Origin: an uncultured Actinomycetota bacterium
Lineage (GTDB): Bacteria; Actinomycetota; Actinomycetes; Propionibacteriales; Nocardioidaceae
DNA: 64,000 nucleotides
Direction of reading: 5' to 3'
Assembly (NCBI GenBank): GCA_963695295.1
Contig: OY968771.1
Location: 58,939 to 122,938 of the forward strand
The translations under genes and the position numbers were made by a program. The notes beneath the pieces are model-generated. The model was not told where the DNA came from. It saw nothing but the letters and a program-made list of their open reading frames with translations, and ran no database searches. Shown here one piece after another: positions 36,955 through 46,909 of the stretch; the stretch's first letter is position 1, and each line of letters begins with the position of its first letter.

Positions 36955-37968
36955 ATGCGACTGCGCCTCCTCGCCGCGACCGCCCTCGCCACCGTGGCCG
37001 CGACGACGCTCAGCGCGTGCGGCGGATCGGAGGGGTCCGATCGCTTCATCACGGTCTACAACGCCCAGCACGAGGAGCTGCTGGTCGAGCTGGCACCGAT
37101 CTTCGAGAAGAAGACCGGCATCGAGGTCCGGCTCCGCAACGGCAAGGACTTCGAGCTGGGCAACCAGCTCGTCCAGGAGGGCAAGCAGTCGCCGGCCGAC
37201 GTGTTCCTCACCGAGAACTCCCCCGCGATGTCGCTCGTCGAGAGCAAGGGCCTGTTCGCGCCGCTCGATCAGACCACGCTCGACCGGATCCCGGCGCAGT
37301 ACCGGCCCGCGAGCGGCGCCTGGACCGGGTTCGTCGCCCGATCGACCGTGCTCGTCTACGACCAGGATGCCGTTGACGAGGCCGATCTCCCGGACTCGAT
37401 CCTCGACCTCGCGAAGCCGGAGTGGAAGGGACGCACGTCCTTCAGCCCGTCGGGCGCGGACTTCCAGGCCATCGTCAGTGCCGTGCTCCAGATCAAGGGT
37501 GAGAAGGCGACCGAGGCGTGGCTGAAGGGCATCGCCGCGAACGGCACCGTCTACCAGGGCAACAACATCGTGATGAACTCGGTGAACGACAGCCAGGTCG
37601 ACACCGGGGTCATGTACCACTACTACTGGTATCGCGACCAGGCCGAGGCCGGCGACAACAGCAGCGACGCCAGCCTGCACTTCTTCGGCGACCAGGACCC
37701 GGGCGCCTTCGTCAGCGTCTCCGGCGCCGGCGTGCTCAAGTCCAGCAGCAAGCAGGCGGACGCCCAGAGCTTCGTCGACTTCCTCACCGACGTCGAGGGC
37801 CAGCAGGCGCTCGCCGACAGCTACGCGCTGGAGTACCCACTCAACCCGGCGGTCGAGCTCGAGCCCCCGGTGAAGCCGCTGTCGGAGCTCGAGCCGCCGA
37901 AGGTCGACCTCACCCGGCTGAACGGGCCGAAGGTGATCGCCCTGATGCAGAAGGTCGGGCTGCTCTGA
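36955..37968 (+). CDS. iron(III) ABC transporter substrate-binding lipoprotein (FbpA/AfuA type)
   Basis: Lipobox LSACGG. ITVYNAQHEEL...VFLTENSPAM...YPLN is a typical Fe3+ periplasmic-binding family pattern. Confidence 0.9.
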   Translation: MRLRLLAATALATVAATTLSACGGSEGSDRFITVYNAQHEELLVELAPIFEKKTGIEVRLRNGKDFELGNQLVQEGKQSPADVFLTENSPAMSLVESKGLFAPLDQTTLDRIPAQYRPASGAWTGFVARSTVLVYDQDAVDEADLPDSILDLAKPEWKGRTSFSPSGADFQAIVSAVLQIKGEKATEAWLKGIAANGTVYQGNNIVMNSVNDSQVDTGVMYHYYWYRDQAEAGDNSSDASLHFFGDQDPGAFVSVSGAGVLKSSSKQADAQSFVDFLTDVEGQQALADSYALEYPLNPAVELEPPVKPLSELEPPKVDLTRLNGPKVIALMQKVGLL

Positions 37969-39521
37969 GCAGCGTCACGCTCCGGCGCGAGAACGTCCGG
38001 CACGGCCGCGAACGGCGGCCGGCCGGACTGCTGCTCGCCGGCGCGCTGGTGGCGGTCTTCACGCTGCTGCCGCTCGGCCACGTCCTCTTCTACGCCACGG
38101 ACGTCGGCCTCGACGTCGCCCGTGAGCAGCTGATCCGGCCTCGCATCGGCTCGCTGCTGGTCAACACCGTGACGCTCATGCTGGCCGGGGTCGCGCTGAG
38201 CGCGATCATCGCGACCGCCTGCGCCTGGCTGGTCGAGCGCACCGACGTACCCCTCCCCCGCCTCTGGCGTGGGCTGCTGATCGCGCCGCTCGCCGTGCCC
38301 GCGTTCGTCAACGGCTACGCGTGGGTCTCCCTCACCCATGCCGTCGAGGGGTTCGCCGGAGCGGTTCTGATCGTGTCGCTGTCCTACTTCCCGTTCATCT
38401 ACCTGCCCGTCACCGCTTCGCTGCAACGCATCGACCCGGCTTTCGAGGAGACCGCGCGCACGCTCGGCCTCGGACGGGTGGCCACGTTCACGCGCATCGT
38501 GCTGCCGCAGCTGCGCCCGGCGCTGCTCGGCGGCGGGCTGCTCGTCGCGCTGCACCTGCTCGCGGAGTTCGGGGCGCTGCAGATGCTGCGGTTCCCCACC
38601 TTCACCACTGCCATCTACGAGCAGTTCGGCTCCACGTTCAACGGCCCGGCGGCCAACCTCACGGCGACGGCACTCGCCCTCCTCTGCCTGGTCGTCCTGC
38701 TCACGGAGCTGCGCCTGCGCGGCCGCACGACGATCGCCCGGACCGGCGGCGGCGCTCCCCGCGGCGCGGTGCGTGGCCGGCTTGGCGGCGCGCGCGTCCC
38801 GGCGATCGGGCTCATCGTGCTGGTCTTGGTGCTCGCACTGGGCGTCCCGCTGGCCAGCCTCGTGCGCTGGATGGTGGTCGGAGCGTCCACGGAGTTCCCG
38901 CTGTCGATGCTGGCCAGCACGACGATGACGACGCTCGGCCTGGCCGCGTTCGGCGCCGCAGCCGCGACCGTGCTGGCCATCCCCGTGGCGCTGCTCGTCG
39001 TCCGACACTCCTCGCGCACGTCGACCCTCGTCGAGCGCAGCACCTTCACGGCCAGCGCGCTGCCCGGAATCGTCATCGCGCTGGCCTTGGTGAGCCTGTC
39101 GCTGCGGTTCACGCCGGCGATCTACCAGACGACGCTCGTGCTGCTCGCCGCCTACGTGATCATGTTCGCCTCCCGAGCCGTGGTCGGCGTCCGAGCCGCG
39201 CTCGACCACGCGCCGCCGGTGCTCGAGGACGTCGCCGGTGCGCTCGGCCAGGGCTCGTGGGCCACCTTCCGGCGCGTGACGCTGCCGCTCGTCGCGCCCG
39301 GGGTCGGGGCCGGTGCCGCCCTGGTCTTCATCGCGATCGCCACCGAGCTGACCGCCACCCTGCTTCTCGCGCCGATCGGCACGCGCACCCTGGCGACGCA
39401 GTTCTGGTCGGAGTCGTCATCGCTGTCCTACGGTGCGGCCGCCCCGTACGCGCTGCTGCTGGTGCTGCTGTCCATCCCCGCGACGTTCCTGCTCGGGCGC
39501 ATGACGGTGCGTGCCTCATGA
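37965..39521 (+). CDS. iron ABC transporter permease (duplicated 6-TM FbpB type); start codon unresolved
   Basis: About 12 TM segments with two EAA-like loops (FEETARTLGL, LEDVAGALGQ). No ATG/GTG/TTG lies between the upstream stop region and GTG 38049, and GTG 38049 would cut TM1. A CTG overlapping the SBP stop (CTGA) is the only in-frame option. Confidence 0.85.
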   Translation: MSSVTLRRENVRHGRERRPAGLLLAGALVAVFTLLPLGHVLFYATDVGLDVAREQLIRPRIGSLLVNTVTLMLAGVALSAIIATACAWLVERTDVPLPRLWRGLLIAPLAVPAFVNGYAWVSLTHAVEGFAGAVLIVSLSYFPFIYLPVTASLQRIDPAFEETARTLGLGRVATFTRIVLPQLRPALLGGGLLVALHLLAEFGALQMLRFPTFTTAIYEQFGSTFNGPAANLTATALALLCLVVLLTELRLRGRTTIARTGGGAPRGAVRGRLGGARVPAIGLIVLVLVLALGVPLASLVRWMVVGASTEFPLSMLASTTMTTLGLAAFGAAAATVLAIPVALLVVRHSSRTSTLVERSTFTASALPGIVIALALVSLSLRFTPAIYQTTLVLLAAYVIMFASRAVVGVRAALDHAPPVLEDVAGALGQGSWATFRRVTLPLVAPGVGAGAALVFIAIATELTATLLLAPIGTRTLATQFWSESSSLSYGAAAPYALLLVLLSIPATFLLGRMTVRAS

Positions 39522-40552
39522 GCGGCCTGAGCACCCGCGGACTGGTCAAGCGGTTCGGCAGCGTCGCCGCGCTCGACGGGCTCGATCTGGACGTCGACGA
39601 CGGCTCGATCATGGCGGTGCTCGGGCCGTCGGGAAGCGGCAAGACGACGCTGCTGCGCCTCATCGCCGGCTTCCTCGTCCCCGACGCCGGCACCGTGTCG
39701 ATCGACGGCCGCACCGTCGCCGACCGCACCCACTGCGTCCCCACGAAGCGGCGCAAGGTCGGGCTGGTGCCCCAGGAGGGTGCGCTCTTCCCGCACCTCG
39801 ACGTCGCCGCCAACATCTCCTTCGGCCTCCCCCGCCATGAACGGCGCGGCCCACGCGTCGAAGAGATGCTCGATCTCGTCGAGCTACCCCGGTACCTGGC
39901 CGACCGGCGGCCGGCCGAGCTGTCCGGCGGGCAGCAGCAGCGCGTCGCCGTCGCCCGCGCACTGGCGCCCGAACCGACGGTCCTCCTGCTCGACGAGCCG
40001 TTCTCCTCACTCGATGCGGCGCTCCGGTCGAGCACCGGCCGGGCCGTGGTGAACGCGATCCGGGCCCACAAGGCCACCGCCGTCCTCGTCACCCACGACC
40101 AGGACGAGGCACTGTCACTCGCCGACGCGGTGAGTGTCATGGATCGCGGGCGGCTGCTCCAGACAGGTCCCCCGAGCACCGTGTACTCCCAGCCCACGAG
40201 TCCCTTCGTCGCTGCGTTCGTGGGTGACGGATCGCTCCTTCCGGCCCGCCTCGACGGTGACACGGCCACCTGCTCGTTCGGCTCCGTCGCGGTCGCGGCA
40301 CCGGCGGCCGGACCCGACATCGTGATCTTCGTCCGCCCCGAACAGGTTCAGGTGCAGCCGCTGGCCGACGGTGCAGCACTCGTCACGGCGGTCGCGTTCC
40401 ATGGACACGAGGCGGTCGTCCGGCTCATCGACGAGGAGTCCCGCGAGGTCGTCATGGCTCGTGTCCCTGCGGCCGCCATGCCGCAGGTGGGCGACCGTCT
40501 CGGCGTGACGTTGCACGGGCCGGTGCTCGCCTTCGAACGGAGTGCGTCATGA
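39518..40552 (+). CDS. ABC transporter ATP-binding protein (FbpC type)
   Basis: Walker A GPSGSGKTT, signature LSGGQQQR, Walker B LLLDEP, and a C-terminal TOBE-like domain. The start overlaps the permease stop (ATGA). Confidence 0.95.
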   Translation: MSGLSTRGLVKRFGSVAALDGLDLDVDDGSIMAVLGPSGSGKTTLLRLIAGFLVPDAGTVSIDGRTVADRTHCVPTKRRKVGLVPQEGALFPHLDVAANISFGLPRHERRGPRVEEMLDLVELPRYLADRRPAELSGGQQQRVAVARALAPEPTVLLLDEPFSSLDAALRSSTGRAVVNAIRAHKATAVLVTHDQDEALSLADAVSVMDRGRLLQTGPPSTVYSQPTSPFVAAFVGDGSLLPARLDGDTATCSFGSVAVAAPAAGPDIVIFVRPEQVQVQPLADGAALVTAVAFHGHEAVVRLIDEESREVVMARVPAAAMPQVGDRLGVTLHGPVLAFERSAS

Positions 40553-43060
40553 CGGCGACCCCCGAGATCGAGCGCGTCGTCGACGTCCCGTTCGGCGACC
40601 TGCGCCGGCACGGCGACCGGCCCGCGCTGCTCACCGCCGACACCGCGATCACCTTCGAGCAGCTGGCCGACCGCATCGACGAGGTCGCGGACCGGCTCGG
40701 CGGGGCGCGACGCCTGGTGCTCCTCCGGGGCGGGAACACCGCCGACACCGTGGTCGCCTACCTCGCCGCTTTGCGCTCCGGGCATCCGGTGATCCTCGCC
40801 CCCGCCGCCCGACCCGGCCGCCCGGACCGGTGGCTGACCACCCACGACCCGGACATCGTGGTCGACACCGTGGGCGGCGTGCACGTCGATGTCCGCCGTC
40901 CCACCAGCGCCCACGACCTCCATCCGGACCTCGCGCTCCTCCTCACCACGTCCGGGTCGACGGGGTCGCCACGACTGGTGCGGTTGTCGCACGACAACGT
41001 GACATCGAACGCCGCGGCGATCGCCGACTACCTCCGTCTCAGCCGGTCCGACCGCGGGGTGCTCAGCCTGCCGTTGCACTACTGCTACGGCCTGTCGGTG
41101 CTCAACAGCCACCTCGCGGCCGGAGCGGGCGTCGTCGTCACCGAGCTGTCCGTCGTCGATGCCTGCTTCTGGGACCTCGTGGAGCGGCACGGCGTCACCG
41201 GACTCGCCGGTGTCCCGCACACCTTCGACCTGCTCGACGCGTCCGGCTTCGCCGACCGCGAGCTGAGCCGGCTTCGCTACGTCACGCAGGCCGGCGGAAA
41301 GCTCGCGCCGGAGCGCGTCACGCAGTACCTGCAACTGGGCCGGCGTCGTGGCTGGGACTTCGTGGTCATGTACGGCCAGACGGAGGCGACCGCGCGCATC
41401 GCCTACCTGCCGCCGGACCAGGCTGAACATCATCCGTCCGCGGTCGGCATCCCCATCCCGGGCGGCGAGCTGCGACTCGACCCCTCCACCGGCGAGATCG
41501 TCTACCGGGGGCCCAACGTGATGATGGGCTATGCCAGCACGCCGGCGGATCTCGCCCGCGGCCCCGAGCTGGCCGAGCTGCACACGGGCGACCTCGGCCG
41601 GGAGCTGCCCGGCGGACTCATCGAGGTGGTCGGGCGGCGCAGCCGGTTCGCGAAGGTCTTCGGCCTGCGCATCGACCTGGACGAGGTCGAGCGCCATCTC
41701 GCATCGACCGGACTGCCCGCGGCGTGCGCCGAGGTCGACGGCTCGCTCGTGGTGATCGTCCAGCGACGCCGCCACGTCGCCCGGGCCCGGCACGCCGTGG
41801 CCGATCTGTGCGAGCTCCCGCCCTGGGTGGTGCACGCCGTACGAGCGACCATCCCCCGGACCGAAGCGGGCAAGACCGACCACCGCGCCGTCACCGCGCT
41901 GGCCGCCGGCGCCAAGCGCGCCACGCCGCAGCGGTCGGGGGGCGCCACGACCGACGACCTGTGCGAGCTGTTCAGCCGTCTCCTCGGCCGCGACGTGGTC
42001 ACGCCGGCAGACAGCTTCGTCGGTCTCGGCGCCGACTCGCTCTCCTACGTCGAGCTGTCGGTTCGGCTGGGCGAACGGATCGACCGGCTGCCACGCGACT
42101 GGCACCTGCGCACGATCGCCGAGCTCTCGGCCGAGAAGCCCAGAGTGCCGCGCCGCGGCACGAGCATCGATCCGAGTGTCCTGATCCGCGCGCTGGCCAT
42201 CGTCCTGATCGTGGCGACCCACGCCAACCTCACGACGGTGGCCGGGTTCGCCCATGTGCTGCTCGCGGTGGCCGGCTACAACGCGGCACGATTCCTTCCG
42301 CGCCTCGGGGGCGCGGCCCGCGCCCTGGCCCGCTCGGCCTGGCGCATCGCCCTCCCCAGTGCGCTGTGGATCGGCGCCCTCGTCGTCCTCACGTCGGACT
42401 ACGAGCCGGCGACGGCGCTGCTGGCCAACGGCTTCGTCGGCTCGGACACCTGGACCCTGGACTGGCAGTTCTGGTTCCTCGAGGCCCTCGTCTGGACGTT
42501 GCTGGGCCTGGCCGTCGTGCTCGCAGTGCCGGCGATGCGCCGACTCGAGCGACGTGCGCCGTTCGCGTGGGCGCTCGGGTTCCTCGCCGTCGCCGCGACC
42601 CTGCGCTTCGCCCTCCTCGGGGTCGAGTCCGGTCCCACCGAGCGCTACACCGGAACCATGGTGCTGTGGTGCTTCGCCCTCGGCTGGGCGGCCGCGCGCG
42701 CCCGCACCCGGTCGCAGCGATGGCTCGTCACCGCGCTCGCCGGCCGCGCTGACCCTCGGCTTCTTCGGCGACGCGTGGCGCGAGGTGCTCGTGGTGATCG
42801 GCATCGCGGCCCTCATCTGGATGCCGCCGCTGCGGCTGCCCGCGACGGTGGCCACCGCGTGCGGGGCGATGGCGGCCGCCTCGCTGTCCATCTACCTCAC
42901 GCATTGGCAGGTCTACCCGCACCTGGAGATGGAGTACCCCCTGCTCGCCACCCTCGCGTCCCTTGTCGTCGGTCTCGCCTACCACCGCCTGTCGACGCCA
43001 CTGCTCGACGCGTTGGAACGGTTGACGGTCCGCACCGCCCACCGGACACTGCACCCATGA
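40549..43060 (+). pseudogene. adenylation domain / carrier protein / AT3-type integral-membrane acyltransferase fusion, frame broken near 42745
   Basis: Adenylation motifs: TTSGSTGSPRLV, YGQTEA, TGDLG, GRRSRFAKVFGLRIDL, PRTEAGKTDH. Carrier motif GLGADSL. These are followed by multiple TM helices. The last about 100 aa (ALTLGFFGDAWREVLVVIG...IYLTHWQVY...) continue in ORF frame 42254-43060. The 948-aa track ORF is therefore a chimera with the downstream cupin. Confidence 0.8.
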
Positions 43061-43395
43061 GTGATCCCACGGTGACCAATCCCGATTTCTACACGGTGGT
43101 CTTCGAGAACGATCGGGTGCGCGTCCTGGAGTACCGGGACGTCCCCGGCGACCGCACCACGATGCACAGCCACCCGGACAGCGTGATGGTGACGCTGAGT
43201 GATTTCGACCGAAAGCTCGTCCTGGGAGACGAGGAGCGCGAGGTCTCCCTCACCGCGGGACGGCCGATGTGGCTGTCGGCGCAGAGCCACCTGGGCGAGA
43301 ACATCGGCACCACGCCGACGCACACGATCTTCGTCGAGCTCAAGGAACCCGGCCCGACCTCGCCGTCCGGCGAGCCGGCGCTCGGACCGCAGTAG
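43057..43395 (+). CDS. cupin domain protein
   Basis: MSDPTVTNPDFYTVVFENDRVRVLEYRDVPGDRTTMHSHPDSVMVTL...HLGENIGTTPTHTIFVELK. The ATG overlaps the upstream gene's true stop (ATGA at 43057-43060). Confidence 0.8.
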   Translation: MSDPTVTNPDFYTVVFENDRVRVLEYRDVPGDRTTMHSHPDSVMVTLSDFDRKLVLGDEEREVSLTAGRPMWLSAQSHLGENIGTTPTHTIFVELKEPGPTSPSGEPALGPQ

Positions 43396-43396
43396 C

Positions 43397-44311
43397 TCAG
43401 CCCTCGACCGGCTCCGGTTCGCCCCGCGGGTGCCGTTCGACGTCGATCGCCGCGTTGATCGCGGCTCCGATCAGCACCGAGATCGACAGCACGTAGAGCC
43501 AGAGCAGCACCGCGATCGGCGCCGCGAGCGGGCCATAGATCGACGCGCCGCCCGCGGACAGCCCGAGCGCCCACCGGACGAAGAAGCTGCCCAGGATCCA
43601 CATGATCAGGGTGAAGGTCGCACCGGGCACACCCGAGCGCCAGGTCTTCTGCACGGGCACCGACAGGTGGTACAGCGTCGTCATGAAGCCGACCGACAGC
43701 ACGAGGATCGAGGGCCAGTAGAGCTCGCGGAGGAACGCCGCGTCGTCCGGGATGATGTCCGCGACCACGTCGGGTCCGGCGAGCACCAACGGCACCAGCA
43801 CGATGCCCACGACCAGCGCGACGACGTAGAGCGAGAAGGACAGCGCGCGGGTCTTGACGATGCTCCGGTGCCCGCCGAAGCCGTACATGATCGAGATCGT
43901 GTCGATGAACACGTTCAGCGCTCGCGAGCCCGACCACAGCGCCAGCACGAAGCCGATGGAGATGACGTCGATGCGGCCGCCCTGCAGGACATCGTTCATG
44001 GTCGGCGCGATGACCGCCTCCACCGTGTCCGGGGTGAGGGCCTGCGAGGCGAGATCGATGACCCGGTTCTTGAGCACGTCGATCTGGGCCACGTCGAACT
44101 GGCGGGCGATGTAGCCGATGCTGCCGGCCAGGCCGAAGACCAGCGGCGGGAGGGACAAGATGGCGAAGAACGCGGCCTCCGCGGCGAGGCCGGTGACCCG
44201 GTACCGGAAGCAGCTGCTCACCGTGCGTGCGAGGAGCCGGCGAGCGGTCTCGGCCGCCTCCGAGCGGCCCGCCTCGGGGGCGCCCGGCTGATCTACCGGT
44301 TCCACCGCCAT
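43397..44311 (-). CDS. YihY/BrkB family membrane protein
   Basis: AAEAAFFAILSLPPL...ALWSGSRAL...YGPLAAPIAVLLWLYVLSISVLIGAAINA is typical YihY. Start at ATG 44311. Confidence 0.88.
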   Translation of the reverse strand: MAVEPVDQPGAPEAGRSEAAETARRLLARTVSSCFRYRVTGLAAEAAFFAILSLPPLVFGLAGSIGYIARQFDVAQIDVLKNRVIDLASQALTPDTVEAVIAPTMNDVLQGGRIDVISIGFVLALWSGSRALNVFIDTISIMYGFGGHRSIVKTRALSFSLYVVALVVGIVLVPLVLAGPDVVADIIPDDAAFLRELYWPSILVLSVGFMTTLYHLSVPVQKTWRSGVPGATFTLIMWILGSFFVRWALGLSAGGASIYGPLAAPIAVLLWLYVLSISVLIGAAINAAIDVERHPRGEPEPVEG

Positions 44312-44328
44312 GGCCCTACGGTACTGAC

Positions 44329-45975
44329 ATGGATCCCCTCCAGCGCGCACCGATCAACCAGTCGGCGCCGCTGACCGGCTACGACGTCGCCGGGGCCGAC
44401 CAGGCGTTGCTCGACGCCGTCGACGCCTTCGGCGGCGACCACGCGGGCGACATCCGCGCGTGGCTGACGCCGATCGGCCGGCTCGCCGGCTCGGCAGAGA
44501 CCCGCGAGCACTGGCACCTGGCGAACGAGCACGAGCCGATCCTCCGCACGAACGATCGCTTCGGGCGTCGCATCGACGAGGTCGAGTTCCACCCGTCGTG
44601 GCACTGGCTGATGACCCAGGGCGTCGGATTCGGCCTCACGGCCGCGCCATGGGTCTCGCAGAGCCCGGTGGCCCACCTCCAGCGCGCGGCAGGGTTCTTC
44701 ACCTGGGGTCAGTCCGAGCAGGGCCACATGTGCCCGATCACGATGACCTACGCGGTCGTGCCAGCGCTGCGCGCCGACGACGCCCTCGCCAAGCAGTGGA
44801 TCACCGGGCTCGCCTCCACCACCTACGACTTCGGCCTGCGTCCACCCGAGGAGAAGTCCGGACTGCTTGCCGGCATGGGCATGACGGAGAAGCAGGGCGG
44901 CTCGGACCTCCGCACCAACTCCACGGTCGCGCAGCCGACCGACGCCCACGGCGAGTACCGGCTCACCGGGCACAAGTGGTTCACCTCGGCGCCGATGAAC
45001 GACGTCTTCCTCGTCCTCGCGCAGGCGCCAGAGGGCGTCACCTGCTTCGTGGTGCCCCGCGTCCTTCCCGACGGCAGCCGCAACGGCTTCCAGATCGTCC
45101 GGCTCAAGGACAAGCTCGGCAACCGCTCCAACGCCTCCAGCGAGCTGGAGCTGCACGACGCCTGGGCCACGCGGCTCGGCGACGAGGGGCGCGGCATCCG
45201 CACCATCATCGAGATGGTCTCGGCCACCCGGATGGACTGCATCCTCGGGTCCGCCAGCATCATGCGCAAGGCGCTGGCCGAGGCGTCCTTCCATGCGGCG
45301 CACCGGTCCGCGTTCGGCGCGACGCTCGCCGACCAGCCGGCCATGGTCAACGTCCTGGCCGACCTCGCCGTCGAGAGCGAGGCCGCGACCACGGTCGGGC
45401 TGCGGCTGGCCGCTGCGGTGGACCGGCCGAACGACGCGCACGAGCAGGGGCTGCGGCGCATCGGCCTGGCCCTGGCGAAGTACTGGGTGTGCAAGCGGAC
45501 GCCGTTCATGGTGGCCGAGGCACTGGAATGCCTCGGCGGCAACGGCTTCGTGGAGGAATCGGGGATGCCCCTGCTGTTCCGCGAGTCGCCGCTCAACTCC
45601 ATCTGGGAGGGCAGCGGCAACGTCAACGCCCTCGACGTGCTCCGCGCGATGCAGCGTGAGCCGGAGACCCTGAACGCCTGGATCACCGAGGTCGGCGCCG
45701 CCCGCGGTGAGGACCCCCGCCTCGACACCGCGGTCGAGGGCGTGCTCACCGAGCTGGCCGACCTCACCGACGCCGAGCACCACGCCCGACGGATCACGTC
45801 CCGGATGGCCGTGTGCCTCCAGGGCGCACTCCTCGTCCGGCACGGTGACCCCGCGGTGGCCGACGCGTTCTGCGCCTCCCGCCTCGCCGGCGACTGGGCC
45901 GGTACGTTCGGCACGCTCCCTCGGGGTCTCGACCTCGCCGCCATCGTCGCCCGAACCACGCCCGACCTCGACTGA
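44329..45975 (+). CDS. acyl-CoA dehydrogenase family protein (AidB-like)
   Basis: EFHPSWHWLM, CPITMTYA, GMGMTEKQGGSDLRTN, KWFTSAP, NRSNASSE and GGNGFVEE are AidB-type motifs. Start at ATG 44329. Confidence 0.9.
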   Translation: MDPLQRAPINQSAPLTGYDVAGADQALLDAVDAFGGDHAGDIRAWLTPIGRLAGSAETREHWHLANEHEPILRTNDRFGRRIDEVEFHPSWHWLMTQGVGFGLTAAPWVSQSPVAHLQRAAGFFTWGQSEQGHMCPITMTYAVVPALRADDALAKQWITGLASTTYDFGLRPPEEKSGLLAGMGMTEKQGGSDLRTNSTVAQPTDAHGEYRLTGHKWFTSAPMNDVFLVLAQAPEGVTCFVVPRVLPDGSRNGFQIVRLKDKLGNRSNASSELELHDAWATRLGDEGRGIRTIIEMVSATRMDCILGSASIMRKALAEASFHAAHRSAFGATLADQPAMVNVLADLAVESEAATTVGLRLAAAVDRPNDAHEQGLRRIGLALAKYWVCKRTPFMVAEALECLGGNGFVEESGMPLLFRESPLNSIWEGSGNVNALDVLRAMQREPETLNAWITEVGAARGEDPRLDTAVEGVLTELADLTDAEHHARRITSRMAVCLQGALLVRHGDPAVADAFCASRLAGDWAGTFGTLPRGLDLAAIVARTTPDLD

Positions 45976-45986
45976 GAAGAGACCCG

Positions 45987-46610
45987 ATGCGATCCCTGAC
46001 CGTGGCCGCGCTCCTCGCCGCCATCACCACGTTCGTCGCCGCGCTGGCACTGCGTGCGCCGGACGCCACCGTGGCCGTGCTCGCCGTCGGCGCCGTCACC
46101 GTCCTGACGACGTGGCTCGCGGCGCTGCACTCGACCGAGGAGGAATCCGGCCTGGCGCTCGCGAGCCCGGCCGCGGCAGTGACGCTGGTGCTCGTCGGAC
46201 GCAGCTCGACCGGCTTCGTGCTGCCGATCATCTCCGCCCAGGTGGTCGGCGCCGTGGTCGGCGGCTTCGCCGCCCTCGGCCTGGCCGGCCAGCTCGGCGG
46301 GTCGCTCGTGTGGTCGGACCCGACGCGCCTCGGCACCGGGGTCGTCGTCGGGGTCCTCGCGATCCTCGGCGCCTGGGTGGTCCTGGCGATCGACGGTGGC
46401 GAGCACGCGGCGTGGGCCGCGGTGCCGCCGGTGCTGGCCGGGGCCGCGCTGGGGGTCGGACTCGCGGCCGCGCTCAGCCCGGCCGCCGTGCTCGGGCTCG
46501 CCGTCGCCGGACTGGTCTCCTGGACGACCGCCGGCATCGCCGCGGCGGCCGGTGTCGCGGGCTCGGCGATCGGCGCGTACGCGATCTCGGCCGTCACGCC
46601 ACCGGAGTAG
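45987..46610 (+). CDS. hypothetical integral membrane protein
   Basis: 207 aa, Ala/Gly/Val-rich, with about 6 hydrophobic segments. Confidence 0.6.
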   Translation: MRSLTVAALLAAITTFVAALALRAPDATVAVLAVGAVTVLTTWLAALHSTEEESGLALASPAAAVTLVLVGRSSTGFVLPIISAQVVGAVVGGFAALGLAGQLGGSLVWSDPTRLGTGVVVGVLAILGAWVVLAIDGGEHAAWAAVPPVLAGAALGVGLAAALSPAAVLGLAVAGLVSWTTAGIAAAAGVAGSAIGAYAISAVTPPE

Positions 46611-46650
46611 CGCAGCGTGATCCAAGCCACAGCCCCCGCCTGAGGAACGC

Positions 46651-46697
46651 CGATCGTCTCGCATCGTGGATGCACGTTCCGAATAGCGAGACGATCG
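46651..46697 (+). terminator. hairpin 40 nt after the membrane-protein stop
   Basis: CGATCGTCTCGC / GCGAGACGATCG is a 12-bp perfect stem with a 23-nt loop that contains an inner CGTG/CACG pairing. There is no clear T-tract. Confidence 0.45.
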
Positions 46698-46909
46698 CTT
46701 GTCCTCGCCGTACGCGGCTCCGCACACTGTCTGCATGCTGACTGCGCGGACCACCTGGTTGGTGGAGCGACTCCACGTCGACCTCGGTCGCGCCCGCACG
46801 ATGATGTGTCGCTGAGCATTCGCGCCCATCGATCAGCACCTTGACCCCCCGGCGCGCGGCGAACCCGCTCCCCTGAGGCGTCGCCGTGTGCCCTCCCCGA
46901 AGGAAGCTC

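Noticed and set aside
35788-37680. The upstream 630 codons of the 774-aa minus-strand ORF 35356-37680.
   Set aside because: Only the last 143 codons (the SnoaL-like part) look like protein. The remainder overlaps the metallophosphoesterase and the iron SBP gene in other frames or on the other strand.
40549-43395. The 948-aa ORF taken at face value as one protein (adenylation, carrier, membrane domain, cupin).
   Set aside because: The segment between about 42745 and 43057 in that frame is Arg/Pro/Gly-rich with no structure. A second frame (42254-43060) continues the TM helices to a proper stop that overlaps an ATG (43057) heading a complete cupin. The long ORF is a frameshift-generated chimera.
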